From assembly GCA_965249485.1 (NCBI GenBank), contig OZ252239.1:2496001-2560000 (forward strand): DNA of 64,000 nucleotides, given 5' to 3'. Shown one piece after another: positions 51,374 to 61,402 of this stretch. Origin of the DNA: a bacterium (GTDB lineage Bacteria; SM23-31). The translations under genes and the position numbers were made by a program. The notes beneath the pieces were generated by a model. The model was not told the DNA's origin. It made no database searches and was given only the letters and a program-made list of their open reading frames with translations. Each line of letters opens with the position of its first letter. Position 1 is the stretch's first letter.

Positions 51374-52387
51374 ATGCATAAAACGATTACAGAACTTGCT
51401 GAACAAGTTAACGGTACCGTCATTGGTGACGGTGCCGTTGTTATTTCAGGCATATCAAAAATCGAAGATAGCCATCCTGAAACAGTAACGTTCCTTGCAA
51501 ATCAGAAATACGAGAAATATCTTCATGATACTGAAGCTACGGCAGTTCTCGTGCCCCGGTCAATTTCCGAATCGAATACAAATCTCATTCAGGTTGATGA
51601 TCCTTATGGTTCATTCAGAGTGATTGCTTTGCTGTTTCATCCTATTCCGAAAGTTGAAAGACATTTTATACACCCAAGTGCAATTATCAATAAAAATGTT
51701 TCGATTACAGAACCTGTCAATATTGGCGCATTTGTCCATATTGATGAGAGCGCTGTTATTAAGAAAAACACATCGATCGGTTCCCATAGCTACATTGGAG
51801 TTAACGCAAAGATCGGAGAATCAGTATTTTTACATCCGAAAGTTAATGTATTGGAGAGATGTCTCATAGGCAATCGGGTGATTCTCCATGCCGGAGTTGT
51901 CATAGGCAGTGATGGATTTGGGTATTCGAAGGAAAATAACTGCTACTTGAAAATCCCTCAGACCGGTAATGTCGTTGTCGATGATGATGTTGAAATAGGC
52001 GCCAATACAACGATTGACCGTGCGACAATAGGGAGCACCTATATAGGTGTCGGGTGTAAAATTGACAACCTTGTTCAAATTGCTCACAACGTCATAATTG
52101 GTGATCATACAGCAATTGCCGCTCAAACCGGAATATCCGGAAGCACAAAAATCGGAAACCATGTAACGCTTGCAGGTCAAACTGGGATAGTTGGCCATAT
52201 CGAAATAGGAGACAATACTATTATAGGCGCCCAGTCAGGTGTTTCTAAATCAGTACCGCCGAATTCATTTTATTTTGGATACCCGGCACGAAACCATCGT
52301 GAAGCGAAGAAATTAGAAGTGTATATAAGAAGACTCCCTGAGTTGTTTGACCGATTGAAAGAACTTGAATCCAGATTCAAATCATAA
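51374..52387 (+). CDS. lpxD: UDP-3-O-(3-hydroxyacyl)glucosamine N-acyltransferase
   Basis: TFLAN.KY, hexapeptide repeats, GSDGFG, EIGANTTIDR, KIDNLVQIAHN. Confidence 0.96.
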   Translation: MHKTITELAEQVNGTVIGDGAVVISGISKIEDSHPETVTFLANQKYEKYLHDTEATAVLVPRSISESNTNLIQVDDPYGSFRVIALLFHPIPKVERHFIHPSAIINKNVSITEPVNIGAFVHIDESAVIKKNTSIGSHSYIGVNAKIGESVFLHPKVNVLERCLIGNRVILHAGVVIGSDGFGYSKENNCYLKIPQTGNVVVDDDVEIGANTTIDRATIGSTYIGVGCKIDNLVQIAHNVIIGDHTAIAAQTGISGSTKIGNHVTLAGQTGIVGHIEIGDNTIIGAQSGVSKSVPPNSFYFGYPARNHREAKKLEVYIRRLPELFDRLKELESRFKS

Positions 52388-52451
52388 TATTTCTTAGATT
52401 TTATATTGCCATTTCTTCAATTACCCTCTTAGTAAGCTTCCTATATTTCCC

Positions 52452-52480
52452 TTGCAAAATATAAAAAATTGCAGTAACTT
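52452..52480 (+). promoter_or_regulatory. Sigma-70-type promoter of lpxC-fabZ
   Basis: TTGCAA-17 nt-TAACTT. Confidence 0.45.
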
Positions 52481-52547
52481 TTAAACTTGTTTTAGAAGAA
52501 TATTGTACCATATTTACACCCTTTCATACTATGAATAGCGGACTAAT

Positions 52548-53942
52548 ATGCGAACAAATCAACACACTATAAAGTGGAAAACTCAATATTCAGGTATTGG
52601 TCTTCATACCGGAACAAAATCGGCAATTACTTTTTTACCTGCTGCACCTAATTCCGGTATTAGATTTATCAGGACTGATCTGCCGGACAATCCGGATGTG
52701 CCAGCACTAATAGACTATGTTGTCGATATATCACGGGGAACAACACTCCAGAACGGTGACGCTGTAGTGCATACAGTTGAGCACATTTTAGGAGCGATTG
52801 CGGGGTTGCAGATAGATAATCTCGATATTGAGATTAACGGCAATGAGCCTCCGGGCGGCGATGGGAGCGCATTGCCATTTGTTGAAGTATTGATGAATGC
52901 CGGGTTTGAGGATCAGAATACCCCAAGAAATTTTGTTGTCGTTGATGAAACAATCACTTATAAAGAAGAGAAACGTGGTGTTGAAATTGTAGCGCTCCCG
53001 TTAGATGATTACCGCATTACTGTTATGATTGATTTTAAAAATCCGGCATTGGGAAGCCAACATTCCGGTCTCTTTTCGCTTGATAATGAATTTGTTAATG
53101 AGTTTGCTCCCGCAAGAACTTTCTGCTTTTTAAAAGAAGTTGAGATGCTGCAGGACCAGGGATTGATTAAGGGCGGCACTCTTGACTCAGCGGTGGTAAT
53201 TGTCGATGAAGAGTTGGATAGAGAAGAATTTAGCCGATTGCAAAAAAAACTGGTTATTCCTGGTGATGTAGTGCTTGGCAAGAATGGTATTTTGAATAAC
53301 GTGGAGTTGAGATTCAAAAATGAGCCGTGCCGTCATAAACTACTCGATGTTATCGGTGATCTGGCGCTAGTCGGTGCGCCAATAAAAGCACAAATACTTG
53401 CTGCACGTTCAGGACATAAAGCAAACATAGAATTTGCAAAAAAACTTCGTAAGCTTTATGATAAACAACAGCTTACAAAAAAATATCAAATAGTTCCAAA
53501 AGCAGGCGTCATATTTGATGTTAACGCAATTCAGAAGATATTACCGCACCGATATCCGTTCTTGTTAGTCGATAAAATAACTGAGCTGGATGTTGGAAAG
53601 AGAATTGTCGGTGTGAAAAGTGTTACAAATAATGAACCATTTTTTCAGGGTCATTTCCCCGGCCATCCGATAATGCCGGGTGTTTTGGTTATAGAAGCAA
53701 TGGCACAAGTGGGCGGATTGTTGGTTCTCAATGAAGTTGAAAATCCGGAAACCAAACTTGTGTATTTTGCTGGAATTAATGGTGCTAAATTTAAAAATCC
53801 AGTATATCCCGGCGATCAAATTCTTTTTGAGGTATTTTTGGTCAATAGCCGGCTCAATACCTTTAAAATGCATGGAAAAGCATTTGTAGATGGTAAGCTT
53901 GTCTGTGAAGCAGATTTGTCAGCAGTACTTGTTGACCGTTAA
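52548..53942 (+). CDS. lpxC: Bifunctional LpxC deacetylase / FabZ dehydratase
   Basis: GIGLHTG, TVEH, ARTF, RHKLLD (LpxC); LPHRYPFLLVD, FQGHFP..PIMPGVL..EAMAQ (FabZ). Confidence 0.96.
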   Translation: MRTNQHTIKWKTQYSGIGLHTGTKSAITFLPAAPNSGIRFIRTDLPDNPDVPALIDYVVDISRGTTLQNGDAVVHTVEHILGAIAGLQIDNLDIEINGNEPPGGDGSALPFVEVLMNAGFEDQNTPRNFVVVDETITYKEEKRGVEIVALPLDDYRITVMIDFKNPALGSQHSGLFSLDNEFVNEFAPARTFCFLKEVEMLQDQGLIKGGTLDSAVVIVDEELDREEFSRLQKKLVIPGDVVLGKNGILNNVELRFKNEPCRHKLLDVIGDLALVGAPIKAQILAARSGHKANIEFAKKLRKLYDKQQLTKKYQIVPKAGVIFDVNAIQKILPHRYPFLLVDKITELDVGKRIVGVKSVTNNEPFFQGHFPGHPIMPGVLVIEAMAQVGGLLVLNEVENPETKLVYFAGINGAKFKNPVYPGDQILFEVFLVNSRLNTFKMHGKAFVDGKLVCEADLSAVLVDR

Positions 53943-53965
53943 ATGTTACAGAGAAGTAGTTAAAA

Positions 53966-54733
53966 ATGAATATTGATTCCCGAGCTGTTGTAAGTCCTGA
54001 AGCAGATATTGCAAGTGATGTTAAAGTAGGACCATTTAGTATTATTGAATCAGATGTGACCATTGGACGTGGGACGGTTATTGAATCGTGTGTGCGCATT
54101 GCCGCGGGGAGCAGGATCGGAAAAAATTGTAGAATATTTCATAGTGCAGTAGTTGGATCTATTCCTCAGGATCTGAAGTTTGAGGGTGAAGTGACAACTG
54201 CAGAGATTGGTGACAATACAGTCTTGCGGGAATTCTGCACCGTAAACAGGGGAACAAAAGATTTGGGCACAACGATTGTCGGTTCAAATTGCTTGCTTAT
54301 GGCATATTCTCATGTTGCACATGATTGTGTTATTGGAAACAATGTAATTCTGGCAAATGCGGTCAATATGGGTGGGCATGTTTCTATAGATGATTATGCA
54401 ATTATAGGTGGAATGGTTGGTATTCACCAGTTTGTCCGGATTGGCAAGTATGCATTTATTGGCGGCGGTTTCAGGGCAGTTCAAGATGTTCCTCCTTATA
54501 TACTTGTAGCAGGTGAGCCTTTAAGGTATTCAGGTTTGAACAGTGTAGGTTTGAGGAGAAAGAAATTCGGAAGAAAATCGTTATCGCTGCTCAAAGAGGC
54601 TTACAAAACAATCTATTATTCAGATTTAAACACAACCCAGGCATTGGAAAAAATCAAATCATTCGAAAATCAGACTCCCGAATTAGAAGACGTATGTAAC
54701 TTTATAGAAAATAGCGGTAGAGGTATTATTTAA
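53966..54733 (+). CDS. lpxA: Acyl-ACP--UDP-N-acetylglucosamine O-acyltransferase
   Basis: PQDLKF, REFCTVNRGT, HVAHDC, HQF, LNSVGLRR. Confidence 0.96.
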   Translation: MNIDSRAVVSPEADIASDVKVGPFSIIESDVTIGRGTVIESCVRIAAGSRIGKNCRIFHSAVVGSIPQDLKFEGEVTTAEIGDNTVLREFCTVNRGTKDLGTTIVGSNCLLMAYSHVAHDCVIGNNVILANAVNMGGHVSIDDYAIIGGMVGIHQFVRIGKYAFIGGGFRAVQDVPPYILVAGEPLRYSGLNSVGLRRKKFGRKSLSLLKEAYKTIYYSDLNTTQALEKIKSFENQTPELEDVCNFIENSGRGII

Positions 54734-54754
54734 AGTAATACATTAGATATAATT

Positions 54755-55297
54755 ATGATTAATAATAGGCAAATAGGAATATATCTGAGTTTGGGTTCTA
54801 ATGTTGGGAATCGACAATCGAATCTCAGTAATTGTATCGGCAGACTATCTGAAATCAGCGGACTTTCAATAGTGAATTTGTCGTCGATATACGAAACAGC
54901 GCCCGTCGGCTTTGAAAATCAAGATATGTTTCTGAATATTGTGCTTGAAATTACCTATGAAGGAACCCCAACTGAGTTGCTCAAATCGGTAAAAAATATA
55001 GAAAATAAAATGGGTAGAAAAACCTCGTTACGATTGGGACCCAGAATAATTGATGTGGATATTCTCTATTTTAATGATACCGTAATAGAATCTGCAACTT
55101 TAACGATTCCACACCCTGAGATACAAAATAGAAGATTTGTTCTGGAGCCGCTTGCGGAAATTGCGCCTGATTTCCAATGTCCGAATTCGTTTTATTCAGT
55201 GCGCGAACTGTTCGATAATAATTGTGATGAACATGACGTTGTAAAGTATCCTCTCTTAGAATGGAAAGAGTTGTTTCACGTTTCCAAAACGTTGTAA
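54755..55297 (+). CDS. folK: 2-amino-4-hydroxy-6-hydroxymethyldihydropteridine diphosphokinase
   Basis: LSLGSNVG, SSIYET.P, FLN, GPRIIDVDIL, PHP...RRFVLEPL. Confidence 0.95.
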   Translation: MINNRQIGIYLSLGSNVGNRQSNLSNCIGRLSEISGLSIVNLSSIYETAPVGFENQDMFLNIVLEITYEGTPTELLKSVKNIENKMGRKTSLRLGPRIIDVDILYFNDTVIESATLTIPHPEIQNRRFVLEPLAEIAPDFQCPNSFYSVRELFDNNCDEHDVVKYPLLEWKELFHVSKTL

Positions 55298-55315
55298 CAG
55301 ATTTGCTGATATCGC

Positions 55316-55957
55316 ATGGGAGATATAAAATATTCCTATATTGCTGTCGATGGCCTAATTGGTACCGGGAAAACCCATTTAACAAAATTATTGGAAAAAA
55401 AATTCAATGCCGTCTCGATTTTTGAAGAATACGCTAATAATCCTTTTATTGAACAATTTTACTCAAATCCTCAGCAGTTTGCCTTGCCGACCCAGCTCTT
55501 TTTTCTGATGAACCGGTATCAACAACTTAAAAACATATCACAAACTGATTTGTTTAAAGCATTTTATGTATCAGATTATACACTTGAAAAAAATAACATC
55601 TTCGCAAGTGTTACACTCAGTGAAGAAGAATTGACACTTTATCACAAGATTAAAAATTTATTAAGTCAAGATGTTCCTCAGCCCGATTTAATTGTATTTT
55701 TACAAGCAGAAATTCCTTTTTTACTAGAAAGGATTCACAAGCGGGGAATTATCTATGAAAAAGGAATAACAGAGCAATATTTGAAGCTTCTTAACAATTC
55801 TTATAATCAGTATTTTTTTCATATAACAGATACACCGGTCATTGTTATTAACGTTACGGAGCTCGACTTTGCCGAAGAGTCACATGATTTTTTATGGTTT
55901 GTCGATGAACTACACAGATCACATCATGGTTTGAGATATTTTAATCCTCAAAGATAA
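55316..55957 (+). CDS. Deoxynucleoside kinase
   Basis: DGLIGTGKT P-loop, NPF...FY, QLFFL.NRYQQ, PDL; follows folK. Confidence 0.9.
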   Translation: MGDIKYSYIAVDGLIGTGKTHLTKLLEKKFNAVSIFEEYANNPFIEQFYSNPQQFALPTQLFFLMNRYQQLKNISQTDLFKAFYVSDYTLEKNNIFASVTLSEEELTLYHKIKNLLSQDVPQPDLIVFLQAEIPFLLERIHKRGIIYEKGITEQYLKLLNNSYNQYFFHITDTPVIVINVTELDFAEESHDFLWFVDELHRSHHGLRYFNPQR

Positions 55958-55972
55958 TGATAGAGAGCTCAA

Positions 55973-56164
55973 ATGGTACGATTTATATTATATTTCTTTT
56001 TAGCAATCTTTTTTTGGAGAATTGTCAACAAGCTATTTTTACCACGGAAAACACAGATGCCTAATGATAAGGATTTCGAAAAAGGTAATCACTCAAAAGA
56101 TCAGACTATTGATTATAATGACATCGATGATGCTAAATTCGAGGATCTTGAAAATAAAGAATAA
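55973..56164 (+). CDS. Small membrane-anchored hypothetical protein
   Basis: N-terminal hydrophobic helix and acidic IDDAKFEDL tail; fills the gap in the operon. Confidence 0.7.
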   Translation: MVRFILYFFLAIFFWRIVNKLFLPRKTQMPNDKDFEKGNHSKDQTIDYNDIDDAKFEDLENKE

Positions 56165-56208
56165 TAACTATACAGGTTCAATTTGTATTGTAAAAATTTG
56201 AGGAAAGA

Positions 56209-56595
56209 ATGATAAAAGTTATTAAAACTGAAAAAGCACCTGCTCCGATAGGAGTTTACAGTCAGGCATTTGTTGTTGATTGTAACAAGCTAGCGTTTTT
56301 GTGCGGTCAAATTCCTGTTGATCCAAAAACAAATGAATTGATTCAAGGTGATTTTAAAGCACAAACAAAGCAGGTATTAACAAATATGCAGGCATTACTT
56401 AAGGCTTGCGACACCGATATGGATAATCTTGTAAAGGTTACTGTGTTTCTGAAGGATTTTGATGATTTTGCGGCTTTTAATGAAGTATACAAAGACTATT
56501 TCTCCAAAGATCCTCCTCCACGTACAGCAGTTGCAGCAAGTGGTTTACCAAAGAATGTAAGTCTTGAAGTTGAAGGTATTGCTCTTGTGCCTTAA
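56209..56595 (+). CDS. ridA: RidA/YjgF enamine-imine deaminase
   Basis: APAPIGVYSQA, GQIP, VKVTVFL, NEVY, PPRTAV, VEGIA. Confidence 0.9.
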   Translation: MIKVIKTEKAPAPIGVYSQAFVVDCNKLAFLCGQIPVDPKTNELIQGDFKAQTKQVLTNMQALLKACDTDMDNLVKVTVFLKDFDDFAAFNEVYKDYFSKDPPPRTAVAASGLPKNVSLEVEGIALVP

Positions 56596-57124
56596 TCGCA
56601 AACAGGTGACAGGTCATCTATTTTGGGGTCTGATGGGTTTTTTTTGCTTAGTAATACTACTAATGATTGTGAATACCGATCATGCCGGAGCGCAACAGAT
56701 GACCCCATTAAAATTACAAGCATCGCAAAGAGTGGAGCAGGAGGTAGATACTACCCGTGCAAATGCGTCACCTCGACGTGCAATGATGAGGTCAATTGTA
56801 TTTCCTGGATGGGGACAATGGTACAATAGGAAAAAATTCAAAAGCATAGTGATATTTAGTGGTGAAATTGGACTGGCAACTGGGGTGATTGTTCAACATG
56901 TCCGGTTTAAAGACAGTACGGTACCTGGTGAGCGCGCATTTTTTCTAGATGATAGGAATAAAATGATGTGGTGGTTGGGAGGATTTATTATATACAGTGC
57001 GCTTGATGCATTCGTGGATTCCTATTTAAATGATTTTGATGTTGATATGGGAGTGTCACAACAGTTGCATTCGAATGATGCTAGTGTACAACTGAATATC
57101 AAAATGCCTCTATCTTTTAGATAA
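56564..57124 (+). CDS. DUF5683-like membrane protein (true start probably slightly downstream)
   Basis: SP.RAMMRS...PGWGQWYN.K..K and DAFVDSYL..FD pattern. Confidence 0.7.
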   Translation: MKLKVLLLCLNRKQVTGHLFWGLMGFFCLVILLMIVNTDHAGAQQMTPLKLQASQRVEQEVDTTRANASPRRAMMRSIVFPGWGQWYNRKKFKSIVIFSGEIGLATGVIVQHVRFKDSTVPGERAFFLDDRNKMMWWLGGFIIYSALDAFVDSYLNDFDVDMGVSQQLHSNDASVQLNIKMPLSFR

Positions 57125-57137
57125 TAAGGGAAAATAT

Positions 57138-58499
57138 ATGAGTTTAAGCAGTGAAAGAGGACTGTGGAGTTCTCGTTTTGGATTCATTCTTGCAGGAGCT
57201 GGATCCGCTATTGGATTAGGAAATATTTGGAGATTTCCCTATATAACCGGACAGAATGGCGGTGCTGCATTTGTTTTGATCTATTTGCTTTGTATATTCC
57301 TAATAGGATACCCTGTGATGATTGCAGAACTCACACTCGGCCGTAATGCACAGCGCAATCCCGTCGGTGTTTTTAAAGCGATAAAGCAAAACAGTTCATG
57401 GAAATATGTCGGTGGGCTCGCAGTTTTGACAGGCTTTATGATTTTTTCTTGGTATTGTGTAGTAGCTGGATGGATTGTTGGATATTTGTATAAAACCGCA
57501 ATAGGAACGTTTAATAATCCTGTTGATACTGGTGCAATTTTCGCTGAATTTGTTGCGGATCCCGTTGCTGTTATTTTCCTAACTCTTCTTTTTGTAATTT
57601 TAACCGGATTTGTAGTGTATAAAGGAGTAAGTAGTGGCATAGAGCGGTGGTCACGTGTTCTGATGCCAACGCTGCTGGTTTTACTCGTTCTGCTTGCAAT
57701 ACGCTCCATAACGCTTGAAGGAGCATTCGAGGGTTTGGTATTTTACCTTAAACCGGACTTTTCAAAAGTAAATATCAATGTCATATTAGCAGCGATGGGA
57801 CAGGCTTTATTTTCTCTGAGCCTTGGAATGGGTATAATGGTTACTTATGGTAGTTATCTTTCGAAAAAAGACAATATTCCAACATCTGCGGCATGGGTAT
57901 GTTTCTTTGATACGAGCATTGCAATACTGTCTGGTTTTGTTATCCTGCCAGCAGTTGCAGCGATGGGGCAGGAATATTCTGCGGGACCTGGCCTGGTTTT
58001 TCAAGTTCTTCCCGGTATATTTGGCGACATGCCCGGGGGACAGCTATTCGGTATCGGACTGTTTTTGCTGATTATTATCGCAGCAATCACATCGACCATA
58101 TCTCTTCTAGAAGTGAATGTTGCCTATCTTGTTGATGAAAAAAAGATTTCAAGAAAGAAATCTGTTACTTTAGTATGTATATTAGCATTTTTTATTAGTA
58201 TTCCCGCTGCTCTTGCAAGTGGTGCAAATGCGTTTTTATCTCGTCTTCCTATAATAGGTTGGGATTTTTTCACATTTATAAGTACACTCTTTGGTGATAT
58301 AACTATTGCCATCGGTTCACTTCTGATTGCTCTTTTTGTTGGATGGAGTTGGAAGACTTCTCATGCAAAGAAAGAGATTGAATCAGAAAATATTCGGTTC
58401 AGATTTGAAGGGATTTGGAACGTGCTGATTAAATATGTCTCTCCAGTGTCAGTTCTTTTGGTATTTCTTTATACGTTTTGGAATACTTTTTTTAGTTAA
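57138..58499 (+). CDS. Sodium-dependent transporter (NSS/SNF family)
   Basis: WSSRFGFILA..GSAIGLGNIWRFPY, GGAAF, GQALFSLSLG, AAITSTISLLE. Confidence 0.95.
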   Translation: MSLSSERGLWSSRFGFILAGAGSAIGLGNIWRFPYITGQNGGAAFVLIYLLCIFLIGYPVMIAELTLGRNAQRNPVGVFKAIKQNSSWKYVGGLAVLTGFMIFSWYCVVAGWIVGYLYKTAIGTFNNPVDTGAIFAEFVADPVAVIFLTLLFVILTGFVVYKGVSSGIERWSRVLMPTLLVLLVLLAIRSITLEGAFEGLVFYLKPDFSKVNINVILAAMGQALFSLSLGMGIMVTYGSYLSKKDNIPTSAAWVCFFDTSIAILSGFVILPAVAAMGQEYSAGPGLVFQVLPGIFGDMPGGQLFGIGLFLLIIIAAITSTISLLEVNVAYLVDEKKISRKKSVTLVCILAFFISIPAALASGANAFLSRLPIIGWDFFTFISTLFGDITIAIGSLLIALFVGWSWKTSHAKKEIESENIRFRFEGIWNVLIKYVSPVSVLLVFLYTFWNTFFS

Positions 58500-58558
58500 A
58501 ATAATGTATATTAACTTTGTGATTCTACTATAAATTCAGAATAAATAAAGAGTGTTTT

Positions 58559-59971
58559 ATGAATATAGATTCTTCAATTAGGGCTAACTGCGGAGTTGTC
58601 GGAGTTTACGGAAATCAGCAGGCATCACAATTAGCATATTTGTGTCTTTATGCCTTGCAGCACCGAGGACAGGAAGCTTCAGGGATTGTGTGTTCAAATG
58701 GTGATACACTCAAGTCTCATAAAGCGCTGGGATTAGTTTCTGATATATTCTCGGATATGAAAGTACTTGATCATTTAGATGGCATGAGCGCAATAGGGCA
58801 TAATCGATATTCTACTACTGGGGGAAACACTGCAGTAAATGTTCAGCCGCTTGTTATGAACGTAGAAGGTGGGCCAATTGGAATTTCGCATAACGGTAAC
58901 CTAGTGAATGATAAATCTCTGCGAAAAGCTCTCATGAAACACGGTTCGATATTCCAAACGTCCTCCGACAGTGAAATAATCATTCATTTGATCGCAAAAT
59001 CGAATAAAAACACGTTGTCTGAAAAGGTTAAGGAGGCATTTTCTCAGGTAAAAGGCGCATTTTCTATAGCTATGTTGTCAAAGAGCAAGCTATTTGCCAT
59101 TCGGGATCCTAAGGGATTCAGGCCGTTATGTATCGGAAAAAAGGATGACACGTATATTATTACATCTGAATCGTGTGCGCTTGATTTAATAGAGGCCGAA
59201 TATGTTCGGGATGTTGAGCCAGGCGAAATGGTGACGATTGATGAAAATGGACTGCACTCTGAAAAAATATTTCCCAAAGAGAAAAAAGCGTTTTGTATTT
59301 TTGAATATATATACTTTTCTCGCCCCGATAGCAAAGTTTTCGGAGAAAATGTGGATAAAACGCGGAGAAAATTCGGAAAAATGCTTGCCACACTAAAACC
59401 TGCTGAAGGAGATATTGTTATTTCTGTGCCCGACTCAAGTAATACTGCGGCACTGGGATTTGCTCAGGAATCGAAAATAAAATTTGAAATTGGACTAATT
59501 AGGAACCATTATATCGGCAGAACATTTATCCATCCAATACAATCCCAACGTGACTTCAGAGTTAGGATAAAATTCAATCCCGTAGAAGGTGTTCTAAAAG
59601 ACAAACGAGTTATTCTTGTCGAAGACTCAATTGTGCGAGGTACAACACTTAAACAATTAGTTAAAATGGTGCGTGATGCAGGAGCAAAAGAGGTGCATGT
59701 CCGTGTAAGTTCTCCTCCAATAATATCCCCCTGTTACTACGGTATGGATTTTCCAACAAAAGATGAATTAATAGCAAACAATAAGACTGTAGATCAGATT
59801 CGGAAGTATCTCAATGTCGATTCTCTTGAATATTTTCCGCTTGATGGCCTTACTCAATCAGTCACTAACGGTTCTTCTCATTATTGTCACGCATGTTTCA
59901 GTGGTCAATACCCGATACCTGTGAAAGATGGAATATCCAAAGATAAGTACGAAAAAGAACCGCAAGAATAA
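58559..59971 (+). CDS. purF: Amidophosphoribosyltransferase
   Basis: Propeptide then CGVVG, LQHRGQE, GHNRYST, CIFEYIYFSRPDS, DSIVRGTT, CHAC. Confidence 0.97.
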   Translation: MNIDSSIRANCGVVGVYGNQQASQLAYLCLYALQHRGQEASGIVCSNGDTLKSHKALGLVSDIFSDMKVLDHLDGMSAIGHNRYSTTGGNTAVNVQPLVMNVEGGPIGISHNGNLVNDKSLRKALMKHGSIFQTSSDSEIIIHLIAKSNKNTLSEKVKEAFSQVKGAFSIAMLSKSKLFAIRDPKGFRPLCIGKKDDTYIITSESCALDLIEAEYVRDVEPGEMVTIDENGLHSEKIFPKEKKAFCIFEYIYFSRPDSKVFGENVDKTRRKFGKMLATLKPAEGDIVISVPDSSNTAALGFAQESKIKFEIGLIRNHYIGRTFIHPIQSQRDFRVRIKFNPVEGVLKDKRVILVEDSIVRGTTLKQLVKMVRDAGAKEVHVRVSSPPIISPCYYGMDFPTKDELIANNKTVDQIRKYLNVDSLEYFPLDGLTQSVTNGSSHYCHACFSGQYPIPVKDGISKDKYEKEPQE

Positions 59972-59976
59972 TAGAT

Positions 59977-60231
59977 ATGGCCCCCACCAAAAAGCCTGAC
60001 GGTATTGAAATAATTCATGAAATTTGTGACATATGTAGCGCATGTATCGCTGTATGCCCTCCTAACGTGATGTATTTAACGAATAATAGACTCTCCATCG
60101 ATTTTTCCGGATGTACATACTGTTCACTTTGTATAGATATATGTCCGGTTCGGGCTCTAAAAGGAAGCTATATTGAAACTCAGAATGTAGAAAAGGAAAA
60201 GGTTAAGATTCATGACGTTTCCACTCGATAA
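59977..60231 (+). CDS. 4Fe-4S dicluster ferredoxin
   Basis: CDICSACIAVCP and CTYCSLCIDICP. Confidence 0.92.
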   Translation: MAPTKKPDGIEIIHEICDICSACIAVCPPNVMYLTNNRLSIDFSGCTYCSLCIDICPVRALKGSYIETQNVEKEKVKIHDVSTR

Positions 60232-61402
60232 TATAGAATATGATGTTGTCGTTGTAGGCGGTGGCCCGGCAGGTACCGTTGCTGCTCAATATGCAGCAAA
60301 AGGTGGTGCAAATGTTGTGCTATTTGAGCGGGATCCAGTCATCGGAATGCCGGTGCGCTGTGGAGAAGGCATAAGCGAACGTGGATTGCGTGGCTATATA
60401 TCATTGAATGGACCGTGGGTTGCCAATAAGGTCAATCAAGTTGAAATGTTTGCTCCTGATGGCACCAAAATATCACTGACATCAAAATTGATCGGTTATA
60501 TTCTTGACAGAACGATTTTTGATAAGGTTTTAGGTGAGAAAGCGGAAAAAGCGGGCGCAAAAATAGTTTCCCAAACAGATGTCATTGATTTAATTAGAAA
60601 TAATGGCTCGGTTACAGGTGTCCGTATTTTACATAAAGAAACCGAATATGATGTCAGAGCAAAAATAATTATTGCTGCAGACGGAGTTGAGTCAAAAGTG
60701 GGCAGATGGGGTGGATTAAAAACAATGACAAAACTCAATAATATGGAGTCCGCGATTCAAGTCGCTGCGTCTGAAATAGATGTAAATCCGGATATTTGCC
60801 AGTTTTTTTTCGGTCACAAAGTGGCACCGGGTGGCTATTTGTGGGTTTTTCCGAAAGACAAAAATTCGGCTAATATTGGATTGGCAGTATCAGGCAGTAA
60901 TTCAAGAGAGAAACCTGCTATTGATTACCTGAAAACGTTTATGCAGAGTAACTATCCAAGTGCAAAGTGGGATACAGTAGTCGCCGGAGGTGTTCCCTGC
61001 AATCCACCCTTAAGAGAATTAACAACGGGCAATATTATGGTTTCAGGTGACGCGGGGCATCAAGTTAATCCATTGACTGGTGCTGGAATCGCTAACGCTC
61101 TCCAATCTGGTAAACTTGCAGGAGAAACCGCTGTGGAAGCACTCAATGGATTAGGATCTATTGATAAGGCGCTAAAGTCGTACACGAAAAAATGGTTAAG
61201 AGCACGAGGGAGGAATCACAAAAGCGCAATGCGGCTCAAGAATACAGTTATGAAGTTTAGTGATGATGATTTGAACGAGTTAGCACATTTGCTAAAAAAC
61301 ATTCCCAAGAATGAATGGTCGATGCTGAAAATCTTTCTGTTTGCTGTTCGTAATCATCCTGAGTTAATCGTTGATAGTATAAAATTATTTAGGAAGTTCT
61401 GA
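60212..61402 (+). CDS. Geranylgeranyl reductase family FAD oxidoreductase (DGGGPL reductase-like)
   Basis: YDVVVVGGGPAG, IGMPVRCGEG, IAADGVES..GRW.GL, APGGYLWVFPK, ANIG, GDAG..VNPLTGAGI. Confidence 0.88.
   Translation: MTFPLDNIEYDVVVVGGGPAGTVAAQYAAKGGANVVLFERDPVIGMPVRCGEGISERGLRGYISLNGPWVANKVNQVEMFAPDGTKISLTSKLIGYILDRTIFDKVLGEKAEKAGAKIVSQTDVIDLIRNNGSVTGVRILHKETEYDVRAKIIIAADGVESKVGRWGGLKTMTKLNNMESAIQVAASEIDVNPDICQFFFGHKVAPGGYLWVFPKDKNSANIGLAVSGSNSREKPAIDYLKTFMQSNYPSAKWDTVVAGGVPCNPPLRELTTGNIMVSGDAGHQVNPLTGAGIANALQSGKLAGETAVEALNGLGSIDKALKSYTKKWLRARGRNHKSAMRLKNTVMKFSDDDLNELAHLLKNIPKNEWSMLKIFLFAVRNHPELIVDSIKLFRKF

Noticed and set aside
52548..53942. LpxC-FabZ fusion as a novelty
   Set aside because: Well known in Bacteroidota/Chlorobi-related bacteria; used only as a taxonomic hint.
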